DNA from: a virus
Lineage: Duplodnaviria; Caudoviricetes
Virus record (IMG/VR): IMGVR_UViG_3300023175_000012
Location: 1 to 64,000 of that record
Length of the DNA: 64,000 nucleotides
Reading direction: 5' to 3' (one strand)
Positions 9,297-19,447 of this stretch are shown here, piece after piece. The notes below the pieces were generated by a model. It saw only the letters and a list, made by a program, of their open reading frames with translations, was not told the origin of the DNA and did not search any database. The translations under genes and the position numbers were made by a program. Position 1 is the stretch's first letter; each line of letters opens with the position of its first letter.

Positions 9297-10520
9297 ATGC
9301 CAAGACTATCATTATATAAACCAGAAAAGGGAAATGACTACAAATTTATGGATCAAAGGATCTATGAAATGTTTACAGTCGGCGGTACTGATGTTAATAT
9401 ACACAAGTATGTCGGAACAGACGACGGTGAAGTAGTCAAAGATAATACCCAAATACAAGATTTACTGTTCTTAGAAAACAGAGACAGAAAGTATGATCCA
9501 GATATCTATACTATACGGGGTATATACAACGTTCAAGACATTGATTTCGATCTAAGCCAATTTGGTTTATTCTTATCTAATGATACATTGTTTATGACCA
9601 TACATATTACTTCTAGTGTAAAAACGCTAGGAAGGAAGATTATGAGCGGTGATGTTATAGAACTCCCGCATTTAAAAGATGAGTATGCTGAAAACGATTT
9701 TGCAACTAGTCTTAAAAGATATTATGTTGTTGAAGATGTAAACAGAGCGGCAGAAGGATTTTCACCTACTTGGTATCCTCACTTATATAGAGTTAAATTA
9801 AAACAGATTGTTGATTCACAAGAGTTTAACGATATTTTAGAAGTACCGGAAGATGAAGATATCTTTATGGGTGATTACAGTTCAACTGTTACTTATGAGA
9901 TAGGACAAGTTGTAAAATATAAAGGAAAACTTTATCAAGCAACAGCTCAAACATCAGGAAATACACCTACAGATGTTTTTAACTGGTCTGAATATACAGA
10001 AAACACTTTGAGAGATTTACTAAGCACTTATGATAAAGAAAAGGCAATTAATGATGCTGTTTTAAGCGAAGCAGAAGCTGACGCAGAAAAATCAGGATAT
10101 GATACTAGCCATTATTATACTATTACTACAGACGATACTGGTAGAACAAGTGTAACTACTTTAGACGACCCAGGCGCAGGTAAACCTAGTAGAAGTGGGT
10201 ATGCAGGTTATCTAGTAGAAGACGGTCAACCACCTAATGGAGCAGCATTCGGAAGTGGAACAAGTTTTCCTGCTATAAACGAAACAGGTGATTACTTTTT
10301 ACGTACAGATTTTTTACCTAATAGATTGTTTAAATTTGATGGTACTAGGTGGTTAAAGGTACAGGATAATATTAGAATGACAATGACTAATACTAACGAT
10401 AGAAAAACTCAAATCGGAACATTTATTAATAATACCAATACAAATGAAATTGGTGGAGAAACAATTACAGAAAGACAAGCACTTTCTAAAGCACTTAGAC
10501 CAAAACCGGATAATACGTAA
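9297..10520 (+). CDS. Neck protein (gp14-like) with an inserted CBM5/12-like module
   Basis: FDLSQFGLFL and GDVIELPHL motifs; start placed at MPRL (9297), 5 nt after the promoter; insertion GDYSSTVTYEIGQVVKYKGKLYQA. Confidence 0.8.
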   Translation: MPRLSLYKPEKGNDYKFMDQRIYEMFTVGGTDVNIHKYVGTDDGEVVKDNTQIQDLLFLENRDRKYDPDIYTIRGIYNVQDIDFDLSQFGLFLSNDTLFMTIHITSSVKTLGRKIMSGDVIELPHLKDEYAENDFATSLKRYYVVEDVNRAAEGFSPTWYPHLYRVKLKQIVDSQEFNDILEVPEDEDIFMGDYSSTVTYEIGQVVKYKGKLYQATAQTSGNTPTDVFNWSEYTENTLRDLLSTYDKEKAINDAVLSEAEADAEKSGYDTSHYYTITTDDTGRTSVTTLDDPGAGKPSRSGYAGYLVEDGQPPNGAAFGSGTSFPAINETGDYFLRTDFLPNRLFKFDGTRWLKVQDNIRMTMTNTNDRKTQIGTFINNTNTNEIGGETITERQALSKALRPKPDNT

Positions 10521-12046
10521 TGCAATTTTTTTATGATGCACAGATAAGAAGGTATGTAACTCAACTAGTAAGAATGTTGAGTAATTTCAATGTGCAAGAT
10601 GCACACGGAAATGAAAAGCAAGTTCCAGTTATGTACGGAGATATGACTAGACAAGTTGCTAATATAATACGAGACAACAGCGAAAACAAGATTCCAACAG
10701 CACCAAGAATGTCTGTTTACATTACTGGTCTTGAAATGGACAGAGATCGCACAGCCGATTCTAGTTTAATAAGTAAGCGTCACATACGTGAACGCACTTT
10801 TGACGAAGCAACTGGACAATATCTTAGTACACAAGGTAAAAACTACACTGTAGAACGACATATGCCTGCTCCATATACATTAAAAGTAAGTGCTGATCTT
10901 TGGGCTACAAACACAGAACAAAAATTACAAATATTAGAGCAAATATTAGTTTTGTTTAATCCTAGTTTTGAAATACAAACTACAGATAACTATCTAGATT
11001 GGACTAGTTTAACTGTAGTAAACATAGAAGGTATAACTTTTTCATCACGTTCTATACCTATAGGAGTTGATAGTGAAATTGATGTTGCTAGTATACAATT
11101 TAGTACCCCAATATACTTAACACCGCCTGCAAAGGTAAAACGCTTAGGAGTAACTACAAGTATTATATCTAACATATTCAATGAACAAACAGGGGATATT
11201 AACTTAGGTGCTACAATAGCAGGACAAATTGATGGTACTGAACCTGTATTTGTTACAAGAGTTAATACAGGTCCAATAGACACCGAAGATGACGGAAGCA
11301 CATACAATGTTGATGACGGTGCATTTCCAAATCAAGGTGACGGAAATATGGACTTTAATACAAAGAGATTGTTTGATAAAACAAGTATTAGTAGTACCTA
11401 TCAAAATTATGGTTTAAGTGTAGTTGATGATGTAGCACAATTAGTGTGGCGTAATAAGATAGGCGAAGTAAATTGGAGAGAACTAGTTGAAGCCTACCCT
11501 GGCACATATAAAGCAGATGTAAGCAGAATACTACTTATGGTAGATAGTAATGGAAATTATATTACAGGAACATTTACTATTAATCCTATGGACGAAACAA
11601 AAATTGTAATTAATTTCGACAGCGATTCATTACCAGATGATACTATTATTGAAGGTCCTGCTAGAAATCCAAATAGTTATACAAGTGTAGATTACATTAT
11701 TGATCCTTTAAGATTTAATCCTACTGATGTAAAGGGAGCAGGTATTAGGTTACTCATACTTGGAGATATAGGAAATTCAGAAAATGTAGATGGACCAGAT
11801 GCTTGGAAAAATACTGACGGTTCAGATTTTACAGCAAATGAAAACGATATTGTTGAATGGGACGGCTCTAAATGGCATGTAGTGTTTGATGCTTCTGGTG
11901 CAAACGATGGAAGCACTGATTCACCTGCAACATACATAAGCAATCTAAATACCGGCACACAATATAAATGGAACGGCGAGTTTTGGATTAAGAGCTATGA
12001 AGGTGAATACTCAGGAGGGACCTGGAACATACTACTAGATGCATAA
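10520..12046 (+). CDS. Tail sheath stabiliser/tail terminator (gp15-like) with C-terminal extension
   Basis: FFYDAQIRRY, VPVMYG, PRMS, PAPYTL, QILEQILVLFNPS motifs. Confidence 0.88.
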   Translation: MQFFYDAQIRRYVTQLVRMLSNFNVQDAHGNEKQVPVMYGDMTRQVANIIRDNSENKIPTAPRMSVYITGLEMDRDRTADSSLISKRHIRERTFDEATGQYLSTQGKNYTVERHMPAPYTLKVSADLWATNTEQKLQILEQILVLFNPSFEIQTTDNYLDWTSLTVVNIEGITFSSRSIPIGVDSEIDVASIQFSTPIYLTPPAKVKRLGVTTSIISNIFNEQTGDINLGATIAGQIDGTEPVFVTRVNTGPIDTEDDGSTYNVDDGAFPNQGDGNMDFNTKRLFDKTSISSTYQNYGLSVVDDVAQLVWRNKIGEVNWRELVEAYPGTYKADVSRILLMVDSNGNYITGTFTINPMDETKIVINFDSDSLPDDTIIEGPARNPNSYTSVDYIIDPLRFNPTDVKGAGIRLLILGDIGNSENVDGPDAWKNTDGSDFTANENDIVEWDGSKWHVVFDASGANDGSTDSPATYISNLNTGTQYKWNGEFWIKSYEGEYSGGTWNILLDA

Positions 12047-12054
12047 CTACTAGT

Positions 12055-12495
12055 ATGAGCGATATTGTTTGTAGTGGAGCATTATTCTACTCCCTAAATA
12101 CAAAAAGATTTTTATTCCTACATAGGACTGGTCCTAAGTCTAATATCTCTTGGGGATTAGTTGGCGGAACAAATGAAAATAAAGAGACTCCTTGGGAAGG
12201 ATTAAAAAGAGAAATTTACGAAGAAATTGGTAATGTAGATTTCAAGAAAGTAATTCCTTTAGAAAGTTTTGTAAGTAACGATAATAGGTTTTCATTTCAT
12301 ACCTATCTAATAGTTATAAATGAAGAATTCATCCCCCAATTAAATAAAGAGCATGATGGATATGCTTGGGTATCAATTGGACAATGGCCTAAGCCACTAC
12401 ACCACGGGTTAAGAAATACACTACAGAACAAAACAATACAAGGAAAATTATCAACAATAACAGAAGTACTAAAGGTAATGGAAGACAATGAGTAG
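12055..12495 (+). CDS. NUDIX hydrolase
   Basis: Nudix box GGTNENKETPWEGLKREIYEEIG. Confidence 0.9.
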   Translation: MSDIVCSGALFYSLNTKRFLFLHRTGPKSNISWGLVGGTNENKETPWEGLKREIYEEIGNVDFKKVIPLESFVSNDNRFSFHTYLIVINEEFIPQLNKEHDGYAWVSIGQWPKPLHHGLRNTLQNKTIQGKLSTITEVLKVMEDNE

Positions 12496-12847
12496 TGACG
12501 TATCAAAACAATCATGGGGACATGAACTTACAATAGCAAGAACAAATGATTATTGTACAAAAATATTAGCATTTGAAAAAGTAGGAAGTATTACAGACTT
12601 TTTCTTTAACGTAAAAAAAGAAAAAACTTGGTTTGTAAATACAGGCAATTTTAAATTGCGTTGGATTGATACTGATACAGGAAAACTTTTTGAAACAGTT
12701 ATAGGCGAAGGGCAAATTCATCATGTTCCTCCCCTAATGCCGTGTTGTCTTGAATCTATAAAAGACGATTCGTCGATTACAGAATCAAGCAATGGTGAGT
12801 TTGAAAAAGATAAGTTTATAGTGCTTCCTGGTAAAAACGTAGGGTGA
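12488..12847 (+). CDS. Cupin-fold protein (sugar isomerase-like; first metal-binding motif degenerate)
   Basis: KQSWGHE...YCTKIL...KKEKTWFV..G.F...HHVPP pattern; the usual HxH appears as FFFN. Confidence 0.65.
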   Translation: MSSDVSKQSWGHELTIARTNDYCTKILAFEKVGSITDFFFNVKKEKTWFVNTGNFKLRWIDTDTGKLFETVIGEGQIHHVPPLMPCCLESIKDDSSITESSNGEFEKDKFIVLPGKNVG

Positions 12848-12850
12848 AAC

Positions 12851-13117
12851 ATGTTTCCACGATTAACAAAGTCAGAAAAATGGACTAATGATTTAAAGCG
12901 TTATAAGAATGCTACACTTATAATAGAAGATGAAAAAGTTAAACTCAAACTAGTCAATTATATAAAAACGTTTGAGGAACTATCTAATGAAATAGATGTA
13001 GGACATCAATCAAGTAGCGGAGGCATTATTAGTCCGCGTCAATTAATAGACACAAAACACAATTTGTTCAAAGTTAAAGAAAAAATTGAAGTAATGTTAA
13101 AACAATTAGATAACTGA
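12851..13117 (+). CDS. Hypothetical protein (88 aa)
   Basis: ORF with GGGTG RBS ending the plus-strand operon; overlaps the convergent gene by 12 nt. Confidence 0.65.
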   Translation: MFPRLTKSEKWTNDLKRYKNATLIIEDEKVKLKLVNYIKTFEELSNEIDVGHQSSSGGIISPRQLIDTKHNLFKVKEKIEVMLKQLDN

Positions 13118-15058
13118 TATACGTTTAATTGTTATAGCACCTACCATTGCAGGGTGCAATGTACACTGATATCTATAGTTTCCTGAAATAGTTTCAGGAA
13201 CTTCCCAATACAATGTTCCGCCATCTTTACCTTGAGCGTTTGCTCCAGTCGACACATTGCCAATAATATCTACATGAATTAATCCTGTATTATATGCTGT
13301 TCCTGTACCGTCTTGAATTTCAAAAGGATGTCCTGCAATTTGATCTAAGTCAAAAGCAATAGTCATACCACCTATTGCATATAGTGTAGGATTGTTTCCT
13401 GTATAACCGTGACTGTCGCACAGATACGCAGAGTTGCCTGCATTGTTTAGGCGTAACATAGCAAATGCTGGCATATAACTTTTATCTATAGTTCTACCAG
13501 TTCGCACAACTTCTTCTAGATCGTCATATTTACTAACACCTAATGCCGCTGGCATATCGATACGCACACTGTCGCCTGTAACTGTTGTGCTTATGTTAGT
13601 ACCACCAGTAAATGTGAATGTATCTGTTGTTGTGTTAGCAGAAACACTACCTGCATCACCGTTAAATGTTAACCATAAATTTTGATCTGGATCACCACCA
13701 CCACCACTTACTGTGTCAGGTCCCCATGTACTTCCGTCCCAAACAAGTGCTTGTCCTGTTGACGGTGCAGCACTACTGACATTGTTTAAATCTCCTATGT
13801 TAGAACTTGTCGATAAAGCATCCGTTATGCCGTATCCAGCTATTGTTGTAGGAGTTCCGGATAATGAACTAAATGCTCCATCAAAAGCGTCTGTGATCCC
13901 ATATCCTGCTATAGTAGTTGGCTTGCCAGACAATGAACTAAATGCTCCATCAAAGGCGTCTGTGATTCCATATCCTGCTATTGTAGTTGGAGTATTTGTT
14001 AATGAACTAAACTGTTTATCAAATAATAAACTAGTTGTATCAGTTAAGTCGCTTACATCGGAAGGAATAGTAGGAGTATTAATAAAGTTGTTATAATTTA
14101 AAAAGTATACACCTTCAAATCCGTCAAGTGTATCTGCGTTTGCACCTACACTAACATCTACTGTAAAGTTTGAATTGTAAACCATAAACACTGGAACATT
14201 AGCACCAACAGAACCAGGTGTTAATTCTGTTCCTGTTGTATCGTCATAGAAATTAGCTCTAAATCCGTTTACAGTTTTGTTTGCAATCTCAACAGATATA
14301 TTTGCATCGCCTGCAATTTCTAAATCAGTGACAACTACATAATTAGTATTACTTTGTGCTGTATCAAATGTAAAGTCTATGTAACTGTCTGTGTTTGCAT
14401 TGTATACGTGTGCCGCACTTTGCATTTCAACAAACTGTGTTGGTGTAGTTAAGTTTCCTGCATCTATTCTAGCAAACGCAAATGGTGCAACTACTGATGT
14501 AACATCATTGCCACCGCCACCTGCGGTTAAGTCTGCACCAGGTGACCACTTAGCACCATCCCATTTTAAAACATTACCTGCAGACGGAAGATTGCTACTT
14601 GTATCGACATCTGTTAAATCGTCAATGCCTAAATTAGCTGCGCCAGCACCTGTAATAGTAAGTGTATTACCGCTAATAGCCGTACTTACTGTGCCTGCTC
14701 CTGCAACTGTTAAACTGTCAGTAGGACTAGATGCTGTTATAGTTCCTGCATCTGCATTAAATGTTTGGAATAGATTTTGATCCGGGGTTGCTACTGATCC
14801 TGTAAAATTAATTGTAACTTGGTCTCCTGATATTGCTGTTGTAATATCAGTACCGCCAACTATAGCAAAAGAATCATCTTCTGCATCTGCTGTAGTTGTA
14901 CCGCTGTCTGCTGTGAAGGTCTTAAAGACATCAGGTGCTTCTGCTGATATACCTGCGCCTGCAACTACATTCCAAGATGTACCATCCCATTGCCAAGTTG
15001 TTGTGCCATCTGTAAATGTATCGTCTATACTAGGACTGTTAGGAAAATTTAATGCCAT
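13106..15058 (-). CDS. Tail fibre/virion appendage protein with a C-terminal cupredoxin-like domain
   Basis: ALNFPNSP...WQWDGTSW N-terminus; PTTIAGYGITDA fibre repeats; C-terminal GHPF...YQCTLHPAMVG. Confidence 0.75.
   Translation of the reverse strand: MALNFPNSPSIDDTFTDGTTTWQWDGTSWNVVAGAGISAEAPDVFKTFTADSGTTTADAEDDSFAIVGGTDITTAISGDQVTINFTGSVATPDQNLFQTFNADAGTITASSPTDSLTVAGAGTVSTAISGNTLTITGAGAANLGIDDLTDVDTSSNLPSAGNVLKWDGAKWSPGADLTAGGGGNDVTSVVAPFAFARIDAGNLTTPTQFVEMQSAAHVYNANTDSYIDFTFDTAQSNTNYVVVTDLEIAGDANISVEIANKTVNGFRANFYDDTTGTELTPGSVGANVPVFMVYNSNFTVDVSVGANADTLDGFEGVYFLNYNNFINTPTIPSDVSDLTDTTSLLFDKQFSSLTNTPTTIAGYGITDAFDGAFSSLSGKPTTIAGYGITDAFDGAFSSLSGTPTTIAGYGITDALSTSSNIGDLNNVSSAAPSTGQALVWDGSTWGPDTVSGGGGDPDQNLWLTFNGDAGSVSANTTTDTFTFTGGTNISTTVTGDSVRIDMPAALGVSKYDDLEEVVRTGRTIDKSYMPAFAMLRLNNAGNSAYLCDSHGYTGNNPTLYAIGGMTIAFDLDQIAGHPFEIQDGTGTAYNTGLIHVDIIGNVSTGANAQGKDGGTLYWEVPETISGNYRYQCTLHPAMVGAITIKRISVI
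13817..14011. repeat. About three tandem 69-bp coding repeats (FSSLxxxPTTIAGYGITDAFDGA)
   Basis: Visible in both DNA and protein; a known tail-fibre motif. Confidence 0.9.
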
Positions 15059-16626
15059 TAGTTACCTCCACTAATATTTATCGTTCCTGATATAGCCCAC
15101 GGATTTGCTTGACCATGTCTACTATACAGCATTCTATTAGGACCGCCTAATAGTGTTAACGTATAATTATCGTAATCTGTATCAGAACCTGTTGTTGAAA
15201 TAACACTCTTACAATCTGCAAAAACTTTATCTTGTAATTGTGCAGGAGTAAGATCAGGCTGTACTTGTAAATGTAATGCACAAACACCAGCAACTTGCGG
15301 TGATGCCATAGATGTGCCTCCTATACTCATAATTTTGTATATGCTGTTAGCTGGATAATCTAAAAGTGTATATCCAGAATCTGCAATTCTACTTGATGTA
15401 CTCATTATGTTATCACCCGGTGCATAAATGTTTATTGCAGGGCCTCTTGTAGAACTATCTGCAATTTTGTCTACAGTACCGTCTACCTCTGCATCAATAT
15501 TTCCGACCATAAATGCTTCACTACTAAAAGGTGAACTACCTTGATGATATTCATATGCAAACCCACCAAAAGTTACAGTGTTATCAAAGTCTGCGCCACC
15601 GGGCACATCGGCTTTATAACGATTGTTTCCAGCCGCAATACATATGTGTATTCCGGCATCAATCATATCTTCAATTTCTGCATCAACTGAGGCTACTCTA
15701 ACTGGTAATCGCATTTGACCGAAAAATTCTCTACTTACACCTGTTGCCGCCCACAGTTCGCCTCTAGTTGTATAGTCAACTCCGTATGTCCAAGGAGTTC
15801 CTCTATATACACCGTTTGTAGGATCAGAAGATTGTGTTGATCCATACCCCCAACTCATATTTACAACAGTTGGACTACCGTTTGTTTTTGCACTATGCCA
15901 TAAACGTATAGCATCAAATGCTTGAGAGATCGGAATGCCTGTGCCATCACTTCCTGATAATGTTTCTAGCCCTTGTAACTTTTGGCTGAATATTCTAGCT
16001 CCCTTAGCCCAACCATATGTTTTGCCTGCTGCTATGCCTGCACAATGAGTGCCGTGTCCGTCGGCATCTCTATAATGGTCTGCTGATTGCGTACCTATTA
16101 GTCCAGATTCTGTATACCAGTCAATTTGCTGTAATCTACTGTTGCCAGATGCATCTTGCCATTCTGGATGTTCAGGATCAATACCGCTATCTTGAATAAC
16201 AATATCTACACCAGTGCCATCTAGTGCATAAAGATAGTCGCCTGCTATTGTAGTATTAGTTCCATATACGTTAGTTTCTTCTATACAACGTCTTAACCCC
16301 CAATTTACAAACGTTGGTGTTGTTAATGCAGCACCCGAAATACTTCTATAAAATACTCCTGTTTGTGTTGCATTACGAATTAGCTCTATATCGTCTCTTT
16401 GATCTGGTGGAATTTCTACCGATAACACTCTTGGATCTTGTCTTAGATCTTGTGCTTCTTCGTCAGTTAGCATCCAATGTGTCATACGCTTGGAACCTAC
16501 TCTAGGATCAGCAATGTCTACACTTCTGCTAGGAATAGGACCTTCTCCTGTACTTGCAGATAGTTCTGCATCAAATGCTTCTAAGTCTATTCCTCTATGT
16601 ACTACTACAATATATTCTTTTTCCAT
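15058..16626 (-). CDS. Subtilisin-family (S8) serine protease with N-terminal propeptide
   Basis: Catalytic triad motifs VIQDSG, HGTHCAG and GTSMASP; oxyanion AAGN. Confidence 0.93.
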   Translation of the reverse strand: MEKEYIVVVHRGIDLEAFDAELSASTGEGPIPSRSVDIADPRVGSKRMTHWMLTDEEAQDLRQDPRVLSVEIPPDQRDDIELIRNATQTGVFYRSISGAALTTPTFVNWGLRRCIEETNVYGTNTTIAGDYLYALDGTGVDIVIQDSGIDPEHPEWQDASGNSRLQQIDWYTESGLIGTQSADHYRDADGHGTHCAGIAAGKTYGWAKGARIFSQKLQGLETLSGSDGTGIPISQAFDAIRLWHSAKTNGSPTVVNMSWGYGSTQSSDPTNGVYRGTPWTYGVDYTTRGELWAATGVSREFFGQMRLPVRVASVDAEIEDMIDAGIHICIAAGNNRYKADVPGGADFDNTVTFGGFAYEYHQGSSPFSSEAFMVGNIDAEVDGTVDKIADSSTRGPAINIYAPGDNIMSTSSRIADSGYTLLDYPANSIYKIMSIGGTSMASPQVAGVCALHLQVQPDLTPAQLQDKVFADCKSVISTTGSDTDYDNYTLTLLGGPNRMLYSRHGQANPWAISGTINISGGN

Positions 16627-16628
16627 TG

Positions 16629-17909
16629 TTATGCCTTAAATATGTAAACAGCCCCACTACCTTGGTTTTCAGCTGGAACACCTACTACCATGTAATCGTT
16701 GTTTGCTCTAATTGTATATCCAAATCTATCGTTTGTACTTGTATCGTATTTATTTGGATTTACTACAGTATTTTGATAACTCCAATCTGTTGTACTAAAA
16801 ATATGTATCACACCACTTGCTGTACCATTGTCGTCATCTTCTTCTAGTGCTCCTACAGCAAGATAATTGTCAGTTAATGCTATTGATTCACCAAATCTAT
16901 CATCTGTATTTGTATTATAGGTATTTGGATTGTTAATAGTTTGTATTAGACTACCATTAGTAGGATTGTAAATATATACACGACCGCTATTTGTGCCGTC
17001 ACTGTCTTCTCCTGGACAGCCTACCGCTGCATAACTTTCATTTAAATCAACAGCATATCCAAATCTATCGTCTAAGTCTAATGCATCCTCTTTTGGATTG
17101 TATATAGATTGGTCAGTAGCACCCGTGCTATTGTTAAATAGGAAAAATGCACCACTGTCTCCTTGGCCCAATGCACCAGGTTCGTTTTCTCGCCAGTTAC
17201 CTACCATTGTCCATGTATCAGTAATTGCGAGTGTATTAATTAATTGACCTATTTGATCTCCAGGATATTCATCTTCTGCATCTAAATTAGGATTCTCAAT
17301 AGAATGATCTAAGTTATAATTATTATTTAAATCAAAAATGTAAATCCAACCAGTGTCATCTCCAATGCCTACAGCATTTTCTCTGTATGCACTTATAGAA
17401 GCATAGTTTTCTGTTAGAGCTACGTTTTGACCAAATGCATCACCATTGGGGTTAACTTCTGTTGTATTAGGATTGGGGTCATCGAATGTATGAACTAAAT
17501 TGCCATTTGTTACATCAAACAAATATGCTTTACCGTTGTTATCTGTTGTATCGTTTTCATTAGGTGCGCCTACAAGTACATAGCCCGTATTTAAGGCAAC
17601 ACTAGTTCCAAAACTGTCGCCGTCGCCTGCATTTATTGGTGCTACAGGATTAGGATCGTCTATAGTTCTTAAATAGTTTCCAGTGCTTGAATACAAATAA
17701 ACTTTACCTTGGGAGGGGACTCCGTTTGCATCCTGTTCCCCTGGTGCGCCTACGGCAATAAAATTACCATGTATTGCAACAGATGTTCCAAAAGCATCTG
17801 ATTGTGCAATTCCTTCCGGATTTGGATTTTCTAAATATCTTAATAATTTGAAGGGTGTTACTTTAGGTTGAAAATATTGTAAAGAACTTACTGAGCTATA
17901 TCTTGGCAT
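16629..17909 (-). CDS. FG-GAP repeat beta-propeller protein (probable virion adhesin)
   Basis: About seven D.FG.SVA....VGAP.E...G.VY repeats; start more likely MPRYSS (17909), just after the upstream stop, than 17951. Confidence 0.85.
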   Translation of the reverse strand: MPRYSSVSSLQYFQPKVTPFKLLRYLENPNPEGIAQSDAFGTSVAIHGNFIAVGAPGEQDANGVPSQGKVYLYSSTGNYLRTIDDPNPVAPINAGDGDSFGTSVALNTGYVLVGAPNENDTTDNNGKAYLFDVTNGNLVHTFDDPNPNTTEVNPNGDAFGQNVALTENYASISAYRENAVGIGDDTGWIYIFDLNNNYNLDHSIENPNLDAEDEYPGDQIGQLINTLAITDTWTMVGNWRENEPGALGQGDSGAFFLFNNSTGATDQSIYNPKEDALDLDDRFGYAVDLNESYAAVGCPGEDSDGTNSGRVYIYNPTNGSLIQTINNPNTYNTNTDDRFGESIALTDNYLAVGALEEDDDNGTASGVIHIFSTTDWSYQNTVVNPNKYDTSTNDRFGYTIRANNDYMVVGVPAENQGSGAVYIFKA

Positions 17910-17914
17910 AGTTT

Positions 17915-19411
17915 TTATCCATAATTTACATAACTGCCTAAAACGTTCCAAGAACCTCCTGAGCGTATCATGGATAAAGTTATTACATCTGTTTTGTTTG
18001 CATTTCCTGTTGGAGCAACATTATCTATCCATTTCACTGTTTGAGTTACACCGTCAATCTGCACTACGTTAGGCACATATGGTGTTGTACCTTGTGTAAT
18101 TATAAATGCTATATTTGTTGCTCTGTTTTCTGTTGCAGGTACATTTGTAATATTTGCTGTCCAATTAGCTGCTGGAGATAAAATATTAAAAATAGGACCG
18201 CCTGAATAGTTATGGTTAACTGTACCCGTAACTCCAGTTTCGTTTGTAATTACTTCATTAGTTTTAAGTACATTTTCTAGTCTTATACCGTCTGGAGCAA
18301 TAAAATCTATAGTACTTGCACTTGTAAATGTAGGATTACCAATTCCTGTATTTTGTATATTTGCTGCATTTATACTGTCAACAGTTAATACACCGGTTGC
18401 TGTTATATCATCAAATGTTACATCATCTGTAGTATTAAGATTTTGATCGTATGTAGAGCCACCACCGCCGCCGGAGCTGTTTATTGTAATAGTATTTGTT
18501 GTATTATCTACGTCTAGTGTAACATTTGCTCCAGGAGCAAAATTTAAAGTATCGCTATTTCCTGACGCAATAATACTATCAGGATCACCACTTACTGTCA
18601 CATTTTTAAATGTGTTAACAGAAGGTAAAGGTGTAGTAGGCTGAACCCATTGACTACTGTCATCATCTGTTATGTAAATGTAAATTTTACCAGTTGAACT
18701 ATCAAACCATATATTACCTGCTTCTGGAGATGTAGGTGGTGTATCACTAACATCAACACTAGCACCACCGCTTGCACCACCTGTTCCTGGTTCTGCAACA
18801 GTAATAGAATTTCCCATGCCGGTATGATTTTTACACCAGTAATAAAGTGTAGTAGGCGTATCGTTTGTAACTGTAATCTGTACTTGACGTGTTATAGCTT
18901 CGTTGAATTTATCGTAGTATACAGCTCGTGTTACAGGATCATCATTTATATAATATCTAACATTGTCTTCATATGCTGTTCCGCCTACATCTAATTCGCC
19001 GTTTAGTGTTGTTGAAAATGCAAGTTGATGTTCGTTTAGGGTACCGCCTGTTGGATTTGGATAATAGACATTAGTAGGATCTGTTTGATCAAATACATAT
19101 GTATAACCTATAACAAATGTTAGTTCAGGTTTGTATTCACCATTAAGGATATACTTATTACCTTCACCTTGGTTTTCAACGACAACATTATACTGTACAG
19201 TTGCAACCTTAGCATTAGAAATATTTCGTTGTAAATTATCTTCAGTAACAACAGTATAGCCGCCAGCTAATTTTCCGCTGTATACACGTAAGGTATTTGC
19301 TTGTTTATCAAAGAATACTTCACCGCTAGAACCGACATTACGATCTAAGAAATCGTCAGGTCTTGGTATAATGCGTATTCTATCTACTACTGGTGCTGAA
19401 TTTGATGCCAT
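17915..19411 (-). CDS. Virion structural/fibre protein with a cupredoxin-like domain
   Basis: NEHQLAFS...YYWCKNHTGMG; PPTSPEAGNIWFDS fibre module; late promoter at 19434-19440. Confidence 0.7.
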   Translation of the reverse strand: MASNSAPVVDRIRIIPRPDDFLDRNVGSSGEVFFDKQANTLRVYSGKLAGGYTVVTEDNLQRNISNAKVATVQYNVVVENQGEGNKYILNGEYKPELTFVIGYTYVFDQTDPTNVYYPNPTGGTLNEHQLAFSTTLNGELDVGGTAYEDNVRYYINDDPVTRAVYYDKFNEAITRQVQITVTNDTPTTLYYWCKNHTGMGNSITVAEPGTGGASGGASVDVSDTPPTSPEAGNIWFDSSTGKIYIYITDDDSSQWVQPTTPLPSVNTFKNVTVSGDPDSIIASGNSDTLNFAPGANVTLDVDNTTNTITINSSGGGGGSTYDQNLNTTDDVTFDDITATGVLTVDSINAANIQNTGIGNPTFTSASTIDFIAPDGIRLENVLKTNEVITNETGVTGTVNHNYSGGPIFNILSPAANWTANITNVPATENRATNIAFIITQGTTPYVPNVVQIDGVTQTVKWIDNVAPTGNANKTDVITLSMIRSGGSWNVLGSYVNYG

Positions 19412-19447
19412 ATTAAAATCCTATCTACAGTAGTATTTATCTGTAGT

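Noticed and set aside
17910-17951. N-terminal extension of the FG-GAP gene, or a programmed frameshift fusion with 17915-19411
   Set aside because: A downstream ATG at 17909 sits just after the upstream stop and explains the arrangement; no convincing slippery site plus stimulatory structure
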